A stretch of DNA of 64,000 nucleotides from a virus. Taxonomy: Duplodnaviria > Caudoviricetes. The DNA lies in the IMG/VR virus record IMGVR_UViG_3300005611_001698, positions 96,001 through 160,000 of that record; one strand, given 5' to 3'. Shown in pieces: positions 1 through 9,483 of this stretch (within the stretch, counting starts at the first letter, position 1; each line of letters starts with the position of its first letter). The notes beneath the pieces were generated by a model that searched no databases, was not told the DNA's origin, and saw only the letters and a list, made by a program, of their open reading frames with translations. The translations under genes were made by a program, and so were the position numbers.

Positions 1-1
1 C

Positions 2-361
2 TTGTGGATCAGCAGTTGGTAGTATCTCTTTTGCTGCTAAGAGAGTATTGTGACAAGTATGTCTCTTACCATATCTATGCGTATATTCGTCGCATAATGC
101 AAGACCATGAGCAAGTAACCATTGCCAGTTATTGACAAATGAGTTTGCCCATATTGTGCATGGGTGATTACGAAAAGCACCTTTTTCAGTTATGTATGCA
201 GCACCATCTGCTTTGGGAAGAGTACCAAATCCATGACCCCATTTGTCAGAGCATACGATAGCAAGCATCTGACAAGTTTCCAGGGGCATTTTAACAATGT
301 GTTTATCTGGTAATACAACTGCCGATTTATACGGACTTGGATCGGTGACAAATATATTCAC
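2..361 (-). CDS. Pyrimidine-dimer DNA glycosylase/endonuclease V family protein (3'-truncated by window edge)
   Basis: Not in ORF track. GTG start at 361 overlaps the TGA of the upstream ORF (GTGA). Manual translation MNIFVTDPSPYKSAVVLPDKHIVKMPLETCQML...NHPCTIWA...EYTHRYGKRH matches the MNIF/DKHxVKM/HPCTxW pattern of the DenV-like family. Confidence 0.75.
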   Translation of the reverse strand, partial: MNIFVTDPSPYKSAVVLPDKHIVKMPLETCQMLAIVCSDKWGHGFGTLPKADGAAYITEKGAFRNHPCTIWANSFVNNWQWLLAHGLALCDEYTHRYGKRHTCHNTLLAAKEILPTADPQ

Positions 362-2487
362 GCGATCAGCTCCACGAACTCCGATAGAATTTTACGATTG
401 AACTTGGATTTTGTCAAGGATTTTTTAAAAGCAGCACGGATCGTTGATTTCTTTGCACCCTCTTCAACCTCAAAAGATGCATCTTGATTCAGATTGTTAG
501 AACTGATGCAGAAGAACTTAGCAAATGCTGGGATGTCAATTGCAGCTGCTTTATTGTTTTTGAAATCCGTAGAATATTTTTCATATTGCTGCCAGTCAAG
601 TCTATGGAAAGTGTAATGTTTTACAAAACGATTGAACTCATTAGGTGAAGTAAGACGAATGCCAATGAAGTTTACCTGAGAAAAGTTGTCTTGAAGGTTT
701 TTCAAAATAGAAGTTGTGTGACTTACCCAACTTTCAAGTTTGTAAGTGGTGCGAAGTTTACGATCACGCAGAAACTCACTACCATCTTCACGCAAGCGAG
801 CAGGGCAAATTTCAATATCTTTGTTATAGGTGTAACGCTCAGTAGATTTAAGAAGAGGTTGTGCATCACCATCGGTCAAAATGATTGTTTGGATTTTCTG
901 AGCACCAGTTTCGTTTTTAAACTGTGGAATGATATCATGAAGAGATAGCAATGCTTCATTCAAAGGAGTTCCAGACAAACCATACTGATGAAGAATGTGA
1001 CAGTATGCTCCAACATCGTTTGAAACGGAAGAAACCAAACGCCAGAAATTAATGCATTGACGTTCAAAATCTTTATTGCTGCCTTCACTTGTCAGAAATT
1101 CAAGCATACGAAATTCTTTATCAATCCAAAAACTATTGTTTACGGGTTTACTGGGATGAATACCATTTTCGTTATTCAAGCAGCAATAAGATGAAGTAAA
1201 TCCATAAACACGGAAAGGAATATTTACTTTACGGCAGAACCAAACCAGATTCAAGAGTTGTTTTACGGTTGATCCCATAATATTACCCATCGATCCAGAC
1301 CAATCCAAAACAAAAATCAATCCATGATTCTTTCCATCAGGGACAACTGAGACTTTCTTGAATAGATCCTCATTATATTTGTAAGTGTGAAGTTTAGTGC
1401 AATCCAAAATACCAGTGCGGCTAGTTGTAGCACGTGCATAAGAATCCGCAGATTTCTTACATTCAAACTCTTTCACAATGTAGTTGACCTCTTTCTGAGC
1501 AGAGTTCTTATATTCTTTGAAAAGAGAATCACACCGACCCAAAAATTCATCTTTCAACTCTTGCTCAACATAAACAGTCGCCCAATATTTTTCTAGATCA
1601 CTATTGATTTGTTCATTAGAGATAATGGTGTCTTCAAGATCAAATACAGGACGTTCGTAGTAATAGTAATCACGACTTTGGTGATTAATAAGATCTTGAA
1701 GTTTATCTTCCAGACTATCGGCAGTGTTTACATTAGGTTCATCAAATTGATCAGAACCCATGCTGCCATCAGTATCGTCATTATTGCTATCACCTTCATC
1801 AAAATCATCATCAGAATCAGTCCCATTGGAATCAAAATCACTGCCACTGGAACTAGAAGAAGAATTAGCACTGTTGCTCTCAGAGGACTGTTGTTCTTCC
1901 AGATCCTCTTGATTTTTTTGTTCAGATTTCGGAGAGTTGTTTTGTTTCTTGCAGTAGGCATAGAGAAGTTCAGCAGCAATCAAAGCATCTTCAAAAGTTT
2001 CAGCATCAGCAATCGCATTGATGATATCCATTTCTTCACCACGTTGAATTGGAATATCACTATACTTTCCAATCTTAAACCAAAGATTGGCACGGTCAGC
2101 AAGATTCATTTTATTCAGATCTTCATCTGCAATGGAAAAGAAATCCATTTCATGAAGTTCTTTGTAACCCTTGAAAAAAGTTTTGGCAAGTCCAGGAAAA
2201 CGGCGTTTGATAAGTTTCTCAATGCGAGCATCCTCAGTCACATTGACAAACTGTTGAGGAACCTTAACATTCTCTGTCCAGTCTTCATTTGGAGTATAAA
2301 GGGCATGACCAACTTCATGTGCCACCAACATATCAAAGATGGCATCTGTTGCCTTTTCCCAAATCGGAAGCGTTAGAACTCTGGTATCGACATTGAACTG
2401 TGCCGTTTGAACTTTACGGTGTTCAACAATAAGATTTTCTTGTGCCAGCAGTTTAGCGACCGTGCCTTTGACTTCCAGGTTGATCAT
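358..2487 (-). CDS. CobT-like protein: N-terminal HEXXH metallopeptidase-like domain, acidic linker, C-terminal vWA domain
   Basis: HEVGH motif, Ser/Asp-rich linker, MIDAS elements DWSGS, GTPL and LTDGD. This is the usual partner of the CobS AAA+ gene next to g46 in T4-like cyanophages. Confidence 0.8.
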   Translation of the reverse strand: MINLEVKGTVAKLLAQENLIVEHRKVQTAQFNVDTRVLTLPIWEKATDAIFDMLVAHEVGHALYTPNEDWTENVKVPQQFVNVTEDARIEKLIKRRFPGLAKTFFKGYKELHEMDFFSIADEDLNKMNLADRANLWFKIGKYSDIPIQRGEEMDIINAIADAETFEDALIAAELLYAYCKKQNNSPKSEQKNQEDLEEQQSSESNSANSSSSSSGSDFDSNGTDSDDDFDEGDSNNDDTDGSMGSDQFDEPNVNTADSLEDKLQDLINHQSRDYYYYERPVFDLEDTIISNEQINSDLEKYWATVYVEQELKDEFLGRCDSLFKEYKNSAQKEVNYIVKEFECKKSADSYARATTSRTGILDCTKLHTYKYNEDLFKKVSVVPDGKNHGLIFVLDWSGSMGNIMGSTVKQLLNLVWFCRKVNIPFRVYGFTSSYCCLNNENGIHPSKPVNNSFWIDKEFRMLEFLTSEGSNKDFERQCINFWRLVSSVSNDVGAYCHILHQYGLSGTPLNEALLSLHDIIPQFKNETGAQKIQTIILTDGDAQPLLKSTERYTYNKDIEICPARLREDGSEFLRDRKLRTTYKLESWVSHTTSILKNLQDNFSQVNFIGIRLTSPNEFNRFVKHYTFHRLDWQQYEKYSTDFKNNKAAAIDIPAFAKFFCISSNNLNQDASFEVEEGAKKSTIRAAFKKSLTKSKFNRKILSEFVELIA

Positions 2488-2660
2488 ACTGTTTTCTCAG
2501 GTATGTACCCATAATACGACGAAGGATCGCCTTTTGGGCGATCCATGTGACGCTTCTTCAACTGTCTAAGGGACTCCCTTCGGGCTCGGAGTCTCCCTTT
2601 ACAGGTTCCTTTACCTTTCTTTTCCTTACCAGAGTTGTGTTTCCAGTTTGAGGTTGTCAT
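2484..2660 (-). CDS. Small basic hypothetical protein (58 aa)
   Basis: Manual translation MTTSNWKHNSGKEKKGKGTCKGRLRARRESLRQLKKRHMDRPKGDPSSYYGYIPEKTV. ATGA overlaps with the g46 stop and the CobT-like start. Confidence 0.6.
   Translation of the reverse strand: MTTSNWKHNSGKEKKGKGTCKGRLRARRESLRQLKKRHMDRPKGDPSSYYGYIPEKTV
2511..2568 (-). promoter_or_regulatory. Early-type promoter cassette (palindrome plus -10 TATTAT) for the CobT-like gene
   Basis: GTGACGCTT-N4-AACTGTCTA at 2547-2568, 30 nt from TATTAT (2511-2516). Same architecture as the four cassettes at 59.6-62.8 kb. Confidence 0.6.
2524..2544 (-). terminator. GC-rich hairpin, possible weak terminator after the g47-g46 operon
   Basis: Perfect 8-bp stem GGATCGCC-CAAAA-GGCGATCC followed by a poor U-tract (TTCGT). 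Confidence 0.4.
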
Positions 2661-4369
2661 TGGACTTTATGCGAAAAACCTTTCACTTTCTCAAATTTTA
2701 TCACATCATCAAATTTGTCGAATAGACTATCTTTGTGCGAAATAATGAAGATATTGGCATCGCTAATAACATATTTGATGATTTTCAAGAACTCATCTGT
2801 TCCAAGTCCATCAAGAGAACTATCAAACACTTCATCCATGATCAAAAGATTTGTGCTAACGGAGTTCTTGAATCTTGCAACTTCACGCCAAGTGAACAGC
2901 AGTGCAAGATCAATCCTCATCTTTTCACCTTCACTAAAAGAAGCATAAGAAAAGTTATCATGAATTGGAGATTGAATACTCTCGTTGAACTCTTCATCAA
3001 GATTAAAGTTGATGTAGAAATCCATCAGTTGTAAATAACGATTCACTTGTTGATTAATAAAGGGGAGATACTGTTTGATAATTTTAGTCTTGACTCCCCC
3101 ATCCTTCAATAAGGAATATGCAAAATCGTGATTCTTAACTGATTCAGTTTTAGATGCTAACTCTTCATAAACCCCCTGTAAAGTTTCATTGAAGTCTTTT
3201 AACTTCTCATGCTCAGTATTTCTGTTTGCAAGTTGATCGGCAATTCTTTGAATTTCCGATTCCAGATCTCGGCATTGCCGTTGCAGTCCAGAAATCCGAA
3301 CAGTGTTTTGAGAAACTTCATTAGTTAGGGAAACAACCTCCTGTGAGAGTTCAGTAAAGTGGGACTCTCTTGACTCCTCTTCTTGTATTTTGGATTCTAA
3401 ATCGCACAAACCCTCATGCAACTTTTCTATTGAAGCATTGAGTGTCCCAATTCTATTTAATCTGAAAGATTCTTCAATATCTTGTGTGCAGGTAGGGCAT
3501 ACCGTATTCTCACAAAAGAATACAGTTTCTTCATTAATGGATTCTTTTTTTGTCTGAATCTGTGCTTTGAGTTGAGCATATTTAAATAGAGTCTTTCCAG
3601 CACCTTGAAACTCTTGCATTGAAGAATTGATTTCCTCAATCTTTTTGGAAAGATTGTCATTGGATTTCAAAAGATCAGTTGCTGTTTTTGCATGTTCTTT
3701 GATCTTTTCTTTTCTTTCATCAATATCACTTTTTCCTTGATTCTGAATTTTATCGATAAAATCTTTTTGCATTTTGATTTTATCTTTCAGAGAATCTTTT
3801 TTAAGTTCAAGAGTTCTTGACTCATCTCTAAGAGATCTGATTTTATCTTTAATCAACATATTCATTGAAGAAAAGATCTTGATATCAAGAAGATCTTCAA
3901 TCACCTCTCTGCGATGTGCCAAAGGCAACTGCATGAAAGGAACAAAGGTGGAGCTACCCAAGATCACAATCTGAGTAAAAGACTTGAAGTTGAGTTTAAG
4001 AATATTTTGTTCCAGTTTCTTTTGCTGATCAACCGCAGATGCATCTTGATCTTGCAGTTCTCCATTCACCCAAATCTCAAACTTTGCTGGTTTAAGACCA
4101 CGAACGATTTTATATTCCTTTCCCTTGATATCGAACTCAACTTCAACCAAACAATCTTTTTCGTTTACTGAGTTAATCAGTTGTGGTTTGTTAATTTTAC
4201 GAAACGGTTTGTTGAACAATGAAAAAGTAAGGGCATCTAGAATAGTCGATTTACCAGATCCATTACTTCCAATAATAATTGTATTGCTATTTTTATTCAG
4301 TTCAACTTCTGTCCATTGATTGCCTGTGGAAAGAAAGTTCTGCCATCTAATAGTCTTAAACGTTATCAT
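2657..4369 (-). CDS. g46: Recombination endonuclease subunit, SbcC/Rad50-like (gp46)
   Basis: Walker A GSNGSGKS, coiled coil with CPTC zinc hook, FSEGE signature, Walker B LLIMDE. Confidence 0.97.
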   Translation of the reverse strand: MITFKTIRWQNFLSTGNQWTEVELNKNSNTIIIGSNGSGKSTILDALTFSLFNKPFRKINKPQLINSVNEKDCLVEVEFDIKGKEYKIVRGLKPAKFEIWVNGELQDQDASAVDQQKKLEQNILKLNFKSFTQIVILGSSTFVPFMQLPLAHRREVIEDLLDIKIFSSMNMLIKDKIRSLRDESRTLELKKDSLKDKIKMQKDFIDKIQNQGKSDIDERKEKIKEHAKTATDLLKSNDNLSKKIEEINSSMQEFQGAGKTLFKYAQLKAQIQTKKESINEETVFFCENTVCPTCTQDIEESFRLNRIGTLNASIEKLHEGLCDLESKIQEEESRESHFTELSQEVVSLTNEVSQNTVRISGLQRQCRDLESEIQRIADQLANRNTEHEKLKDFNETLQGVYEELASKTESVKNHDFAYSLLKDGGVKTKIIKQYLPFINQQVNRYLQLMDFYINFNLDEEFNESIQSPIHDNFSYASFSEGEKMRIDLALLFTWREVARFKNSVSTNLLIMDEVFDSSLDGLGTDEFLKIIKYVISDANIFIISHKDSLFDKFDDVIKFEKVKGFSHKVQ

Positions 4370-4631
4370 GAAATGGAGTTCGCGGGGGGATTACAATGTC
4401 ATTCTTGGTTATAATAGCATATCTTGTCGAAGAAAACTCACATGCCTTAACCATCATTTGAGGATCTACTTCTATGACATGCATGAGAGGACAATCATCT
4501 TCCTCTAACATCATAGCATATCTCATAGCATCATCTTCTTCTTCAAAGAGGTAAAGCACACGTTCACCATCTTCATTTGCTACGGAGTATGCACCCTCGT
4601 CTTCTTTTCCTTCGATGGTAAGAACAAACAT
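4356..4631 (-). CDS. Conserved cyanophage hypothetical protein between g47 and g46
   Basis: 91-aa acidic ORF (LFEEEDDAMRYA motif) overlapping both neighbours. Confidence 0.8.
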   Translation of the reverse strand: MFVLTIEGKEDEGAYSVANEDGERVLYLFEEEDDAMRYAMMLEEDDCPLMHVIEVDPQMMVKACEFSSTRYAIITKNDIVIPPRTPFHDNV

Positions 4632-5671
4632 CAGATTACCTCACAAGCCTCCTGATAGATGTTTTTTATAATATCTTTGACCGCATTCTTATCTATATCA
4701 GTTTCAGATTCATCAAGATATCTACTCAGGATTGAAAGAGTATCTTCCGATTGTTGAATATCAAAATCTTCATTTTCAGCAATAGCAAAGTTTTCAACAA
4801 TCTTCAAATCAGCAACACCAGAATCAAGAAGTTTATCTACAAACTTTTCAAACTTCTTTGGATCTGTTTTCTTACGGACAATAAGTTTTACAATTTTATC
4901 TTTATACTCTGCTGTATTAAATGTTTGATATGGAGTATCCTCATAATAGAGACGATAAAACATCCTGAAAGGATTATTGACAGGAGTTGTTTCAAGTGTC
5001 TCTGTATCAAAAATGTGAAACCCTCTGGTTTCTTCTAGATCACTCCAATAAATCTCATATGGATTTCCAAGATAATTGATATTATCCTCTGTACTTCTGT
5101 GATGATAATGTCCAGAGAAAACTTTTTTAAATCTTGCATAAGGAGCTCGATCAGCACCATGATCCATTAAGTGCTGGCGATTAGCATAGAATCCTTGCAG
5201 TTCCAAGTGTCCCATGACAACAGGACATTCGGTTTTTTTAAGTGAATCGTAAGTTGAACTTTCATTCTCCTGATTGATCCAGGGAACCATTGCAATGTTC
5301 AGTCCACCAATTTCACACTCTTCATACTCAGGTATAACATATACATTATCATATTCTCGCAACAAAAGATCAACTGCATTGATACTATTGGTGTTTTTAT
5401 AATAGGCAGTGTGGTTACCAACGATTGTGTAAACCTTAATGCCCATCTTTTGAAGTCTGTCATAATAGTTCTTCTTTGCCCATGAAAGTGCTGAGAAGTT
5501 AATACCAGTGCGATTATCAAAGGTATCACCCATATCTATGACTACGGTGATTTTCTCTTTCTCTAAGGTAGGGAAGAATACCTCATTATAGAACTCCAAA
5601 AAGAAGTCGTGAAACAGTTTAGAATTTTTACGAGCACCGAAGTGCTGATCTGTTATGATTGCGACTTTCAC
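4631..5671 (-). CDS. g47: Recombination endonuclease subunit, SbcD/Mre11-like (gp47)
   Basis: Metallophosphoesterase motifs DQHFG, GDTFD, GNH and GHYH. Confidence 0.97.
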   Translation of the reverse strand: MKVAIITDQHFGARKNSKLFHDFFLEFYNEVFFPTLEKEKITVVIDMGDTFDNRTGINFSALSWAKKNYYDRLQKMGIKVYTIVGNHTAYYKNTNSINAVDLLLREYDNVYVIPEYEECEIGGLNIAMVPWINQENESSTYDSLKKTECPVVMGHLELQGFYANRQHLMDHGADRAPYARFKKVFSGHYHHRSTEDNINYLGNPYEIYWSDLEETRGFHIFDTETLETTPVNNPFRMFYRLYYEDTPYQTFNTAEYKDKIVKLIVRKKTDPKKFEKFVDKLLDSGVADLKIVENFAIAENEDFDIQQSEDTLSILSRYLDESETDIDKNAVKDIIKNIYQEACEVI

Positions 5672-6228
5672 GAACGAAGTTTTGTGTGGACGTTATCTTT
5701 GATTTGATTATAGTCCGAATAGTTGCTGCTGTCAAGGGTATTGTTATCCACGAATACTTCATCGTATCCAGAGCGTTCAAGAATCTTGTTCTTGATTTCC
5801 ATTTGCTTTTTCTCTCTTTGAATCCGTCTCAGAAAAGCGTAGTGAATAATCTGAGTGAAATATGCAAAGGGATTCTGTGATTTTTCTGGATTGAAGTTAT
5901 TAATATATTGAATACAGTTCTCAATACCATCACAAACCATGTCATCTTTGAACATGTAGTTGACAAAGTTTGGTTTATATGAAAGGTGTGTTGCAATCTT
6001 CAAAAAACATTCACCAAGATAGTTTGTGATTCTTGGTTTGTTCGGACTCTTCCAGGTTTTTAAGATTTCAAACTGCTCATCAGGACTCATACTAGCAAGA
6101 TTAGGAATCTCTTTCTCAGCAGCTCTACGAACCTTGATTTTATACTCAATGATAGCAGCAAGAAAATCTTTATTGTTGACGTAATGTTCTGATCTCTTAC
6201 GTGTTTTTGGCATATTAGTTATTAACAT
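5668..6228 (-). CDS. g55: Late-transcription sigma factor (gp55)
   Basis: HYVNNK, KPRITNYLGECFLKIA, YKPNFVNY and NPFAYFTQI motifs; position upstream of g47. Confidence 0.96.
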   Translation of the reverse strand: MLITNMPKTRKRSEHYVNNKDFLAAIIEYKIKVRRAAEKEIPNLASMSPDEQFEILKTWKSPNKPRITNYLGECFLKIATHLSYKPNFVNYMFKDDMVCDGIENCIQYINNFNPEKSQNPFAYFTQIIHYAFLRRIQREKKQMEIKNKILERSGYDEVFVDNNTLDSSNYSDYNQIKDNVHTKLRS

Positions 6229-6254
6229 GTTTTATAACCATTATTATTAATAAT

Positions 6255-6282
6255 ATTATACCATATTTTAGGGGCTTGACAA
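6255..6282 (-). promoter_or_regulatory. sigma70-type promoter for g55-g47-g46
   Basis: TTGTCA-16 nt-TATAAT with extended -10 TG (TGGTATAAT). Confidence 0.75.
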
Positions 6283-6304
6283 GTCCTTAAAATACCACTA
6301 GAAT
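6276..6304 (+). promoter_or_regulatory. sigma70-type antisense promoter pointing into the 3' end of the uvsW operon
   Basis: TTGACA (6276-6281), 17-nt spacer, TAGAAT (6299-6304). Confidence 0.65.
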
Positions 6305-6328
6305 AACTCTGTGGAGGTTCAAGAGAAA

Positions 6329-6727
6329 TTATAGCTTATATAACTTCTCTAATACCTCTTTTGCTTCGATTACACTAGATATATATCCCATTTCACGATT
6401 AATTGAAGATCTGCTACTAGATGAATCGAAAGATGATTCTCTAACATATGAATTATAGACTTCAATTATTTCAATATTATCACTTTCGCTGATTGTAAGA
6501 ACACGATTCATATCAATAATGAACATGTCATCAGATGAAGTTTTTAACCATGGTTCTACTTTATAACCAATGGCTCCCCATTTTTTCATCTTGACCTCTT
6601 CAAGTGTCACTGGATTAGAAAGAAGTAAAAGTGTTCTTTCATCTTCTTCGCATACAGAAACCTTTGCAAAGATTTCCTCACCAGAGATTAATTTTATTGA
6701 TGCGTAAAAATCGTCTTCCATATTCAC
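6329..6727 (-). CDS. Conserved Sm-like-fold hypothetical protein between uvsW and g55
   Basis: IKLISGEEI...PW pattern and conserved position in T4-like cyanophages. Confidence 0.75.
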   Translation of the reverse strand: MNMEDDFYASIKLISGEEIFAKVSVCEEDERTLLLLSNPVTLEEVKMKKWGAIGYKVEPWLKTSSDDMFIIDMNRVLTISESDNIEIIEVYNSYVRESSFDSSSSRSSINREMGYISSVIEAKEVLEKLYKL

Positions 6728-8187
6728 TTTAAGTTAACTGTGATGATTTCATAATTGAAGTTCTCCTCGTTGTAGATTTTGATACGTTCAATTAAATGAT
6801 TCAATGTGTAGTTTTTTCTTTGATTATGTGTACAATCATCAGCAATGTCATAGAGAACAGCTTTTACTTTGTTGTTCCCCTTTCTAAGAATTCGTCCAAT
6901 GCTTTGAAGGTTTCTGATTCGGGATTTACTAGGTGAGGCAAAGATAACATTATGGAGATTTTTAATATTGATGCCAGTAGAGAAAGTTCCATAAGAGGCA
7001 ACGATGATAGCGTTTGATTCTCTTTCTGTGATTTCCCTAACTAGTTCACGCTCCTGAGCATCTACTCCACCATGCACGAAGAAAACCTTTCGATTTTCAT
7101 CTGCTTTTTTGTTATTTATTTCCTCGTAAAGGACCTGACCGTGAGATTCAACTCTTGAATAAAGAACAAGAGTATTTCCTTTTAGATCTAATGTCAGATT
7201 TGTGATAAACTTATTTCGTTGTTGATGTCCAATAATGTATTGAACTTCATCCTCAAAGTTCTCAAACTTTTGTGGTGGATGTTTGAGTAGGATACAGTTG
7301 ATATCTAACTTAGAAAGATATCCTTTCTGCATTAACTCCTCTGTACGGATGATCTTGTATGATGGTCCAAACAGTCCCTCTAAGACCCATTTATGCGTCT
7401 GTGTGCCGTCTAATGTCCCTGTGAACCCAAATCTATGTTTAGCAGTATGTAACTTCGTCATGATCTGTATAAGAGACTTAGATTTGAAAAGATGAGCTTC
7501 ATCTCCAATCACAACATCAAATCTCTCAAACCACTTCCTATCAAGTTTATAGATAGATTGCCACGTAGTGATCACAATTGGCCGATTATCCGTCTTTTCG
7601 CGCCCAGAGTAGATGCGGTGACAATACTCCTCTGCCTCCCAGCCATAATCCTCAAAGTCCTTATACATCTGCTCTACCAGAGATGTCGTTGGAACAACTA
7701 CCAGGGTATTTTTGTTGTGCTCTGTATAATATCTGGCGAGAGAATAAATCATCAAAGATTTGCCAGATGCAGTTGGACTTATCAATAATCTTCTATTGTG
7801 TTTTAGAGCATCGTATACTCCCTCTATTTGGTATTCACGTGGTTCGTGAACGGAAATAGATTTCATATAATCTTTTATACCCTCCTTTGAGATAGACTCA
7901 TTGATTTCAAAAGGAGTTCCAAAAAACTTGTTATCAACAAACTTATATTCGTATCCGTAGCGTTTGCAAAATGATATAAGTTTGTCTAAAAGACCAACGT
8001 AGATTTCACCTGTTGCCGTAGAGAAAAGGCGAATCTTTCCATCCCAGTATTTGTTTCGATACTGAGGCATAAATTTTGCACCAGGAACATCAAATGTAAA
8101 CTCCTCAGATAGTTCCTGGTAGACATGAGGTTCTGCTTTTATTTTAAGATATACTTCGTTCTTTTTTTCAATACTGAGTTCAACCAT
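6724..8187 (-). CDS. uvsW: UvsW SF2 DNA/RNA helicase
   Basis: PTASGKS, DEAH, TGT and QSIGRILR motifs. Confidence 0.97.
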   Translation of the reverse strand: MVELSIEKKNEVYLKIKAEPHVYQELSEEFTFDVPGAKFMPQYRNKYWDGKIRLFSTATGEIYVGLLDKLISFCKRYGYEYKFVDNKFFGTPFEINESISKEGIKDYMKSISVHEPREYQIEGVYDALKHNRRLLISPTASGKSLMIYSLARYYTEHNKNTLVVVPTTSLVEQMYKDFEDYGWEAEEYCHRIYSGREKTDNRPIVITTWQSIYKLDRKWFERFDVVIGDEAHLFKSKSLIQIMTKLHTAKHRFGFTGTLDGTQTHKWVLEGLFGPSYKIIRTEELMQKGYLSKLDINCILLKHPPQKFENFEDEVQYIIGHQQRNKFITNLTLDLKGNTLVLYSRVESHGQVLYEEINNKKADENRKVFFVHGGVDAQERELVREITERESNAIIVASYGTFSTGINIKNLHNVIFASPSKSRIRNLQSIGRILRKGNNKVKAVLYDIADDCTHNQRKNYTLNHLIERIKIYNEENFNYEIITVNLK

Positions 8188-8611
8188 AACCTGCTACGAA
8201 TTTTTGCCACTCGATAGCATTCTTGATTTGATAAGTGCGATTACTTATTTGTTTTAGAATGCTCTCAATATAATTTAGTTGAGTTTCGTAGTAGTCGATT
8301 TTGAGATTGACATTCATCAACTTTTCATCAGCATCCAGATACTTTTGCATTGTATCTTTGTCACGAATCTTCTTTGGAAATGGATTCTCAATGTAAACTT
8401 CTGGATCTGCTTTTCCAGAAAAATATTCGTATCGTTCATGACGAATATTTTTTCTCTGCTGCTCTGCTTTCTTTCTTAGCAACAAAGTATTGTTAAACAT
8501 TTCATGATATTTCGCATGAAGTGCAGGTATCTTTAATGATTCGTCGTGAAGATTATCTTTATCAATCTGTGAGTCTTTCTCCCACATACTTTGTATATCA
8601 TCAAGATTCAT
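8180..8611 (-). CDS. uvsY: UvsY recombination mediator
   Basis: LHAKY, YLDAD and RTYQIKNAIEW motifs; lies between g3 and uvsW. Confidence 0.93.
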   Translation of the reverse strand: MNLDDIQSMWEKDSQIDKDNLHDESLKIPALHAKYHEMFNNTLLLRKKAEQQRKNIRHERYEYFSGKADPEVYIENPFPKKIRDKDTMQKYLDADEKLMNVNLKIDYYETQLNYIESILKQISNRTYQIKNAIEWQKFVAGYG

Positions 8612-9174
8612 AAAGGATTGCCAGCCAAGTCAGTGATAGTATATACAGTATACTTGAAAGTACACTCTGCTGTAAAGTAATCAACGTCTGTTGGGGTAGC
8701 ATCAAAATCCAAAGTTGTCAAGGATATCGGAAACATTCCTTTGAACTTCACAAGAAACTGTGGATTCATTGTGCTATTTAAAACTTCTAACGTAGCATCG
8801 GAATATAAAAGTTCTTCCGATCTGTTAAATTTTCTATTGTATAGTTCTGCATACTCGGTGTATTCCGAATATATCTCTGCCAAACTTTCTGGGAAACCAA
8901 GACCTCTCATCCAGTTTTGAATCTGCATGTAGTTTTTAAGATCTTCATCGACCAGAAATCTTAGGTTGAAATCTGAAAACTGTAACTTTTCACCTGGTCT
9001 TGGAATATCATTCAAATAGTTTGGTTGAGTTGCAACACCAAGATCAATACCAGGAATCTGTGCTGTATTAGAAAAGAAACTTACTTTGGGGCAGCGTTGC
9101 AAAGTGAAATTAAAACCTGTTGGTGCCAGGTAATTCCTATTTTGTATTTGCTTATCGTATATTGAACGTGCCAT
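8608..9174 (-). CDS. g3: Tail completion/sheath stabiliser (gp3)
   Basis: NYLAPTGF, FLVDEDLKNY and FPISL motifs; position after g23. Confidence 0.9.
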   Translation of the reverse strand: MARSIYDKQIQNRNYLAPTGFNFTLQRCPKVSFFSNTAQIPGIDLGVATQPNYLNDIPRPGEKLQFSDFNLRFLVDEDLKNYMQIQNWMRGLGFPESLAEIYSEYTEYAELYNRKFNRSEELLYSDATLEVLNSTMNPQFLVKFKGMFPISLTTLDFDATPTDVDYFTAECTFKYTVYTITDLAGNPL

Positions 9175-9177
9175 GAG

Positions 9178-9384
9178 TTATTTTCTATGAAATGCTTCTG
9201 GTTCTGTTTCGTGTATCCAATCTTTGAGGTTTCTTACGTAATCTCTTAATTTTTCTGCCTGTTTTTCGTGGAAGGGATCATTTGTATCAAGATATAATTC
9301 TGTGTGGAGATCTACTCCATCAAGGCAACTCTTTATGATAGGGTTCCACGGTTCCCTAAAAGAGGTATTCCATTCACGTGGCAT
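9178..9384 (-). CDS. Small hypothetical protein
   Basis: 68-aa ORF directly behind late promoter TCTAAATA (9419-9426). Confidence 0.7.
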   Translation of the reverse strand: MPREWNTSFREPWNPIIKSCLDGVDLHTELYLDTNDPFHEKQAEKLRDYVRNLKDWIHETEPEAFHRK

Positions 9385-9418
9385 ACAAGGTCACGATCAC
9401 CTCATATAAGTAACACAT

Positions 9419-9426
9419 TATTTAGA
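9419..9426 (-). promoter_or_regulatory. T4-type late promoter TCTAAATA
   Basis: Immediately follows the U-tract of the g23 terminator. Confidence 0.7.
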
Positions 9427-9427
9427 T

Positions 9428-9453
9428 AAAAAAAGGGACCCTTTCGGGTCCCT
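9428..9453 (-). terminator. Rho-independent terminator after g23
   Basis: AGGGACCC-GAAA-GGGTCCCT followed by a T-run. Confidence 0.92.
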
Positions 9454-9483
9454 CGCACTTCCTTCACACAAAGGATATTTATA

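Noticed and set aside
358-2487. Cobalamin-biosynthesis AMG (cobT)
   Set aside because: Only the vWA/HEXXH architecture is evident, with no cobN or other B12 genes here; a chaperone-adaptor role is equally plausible.
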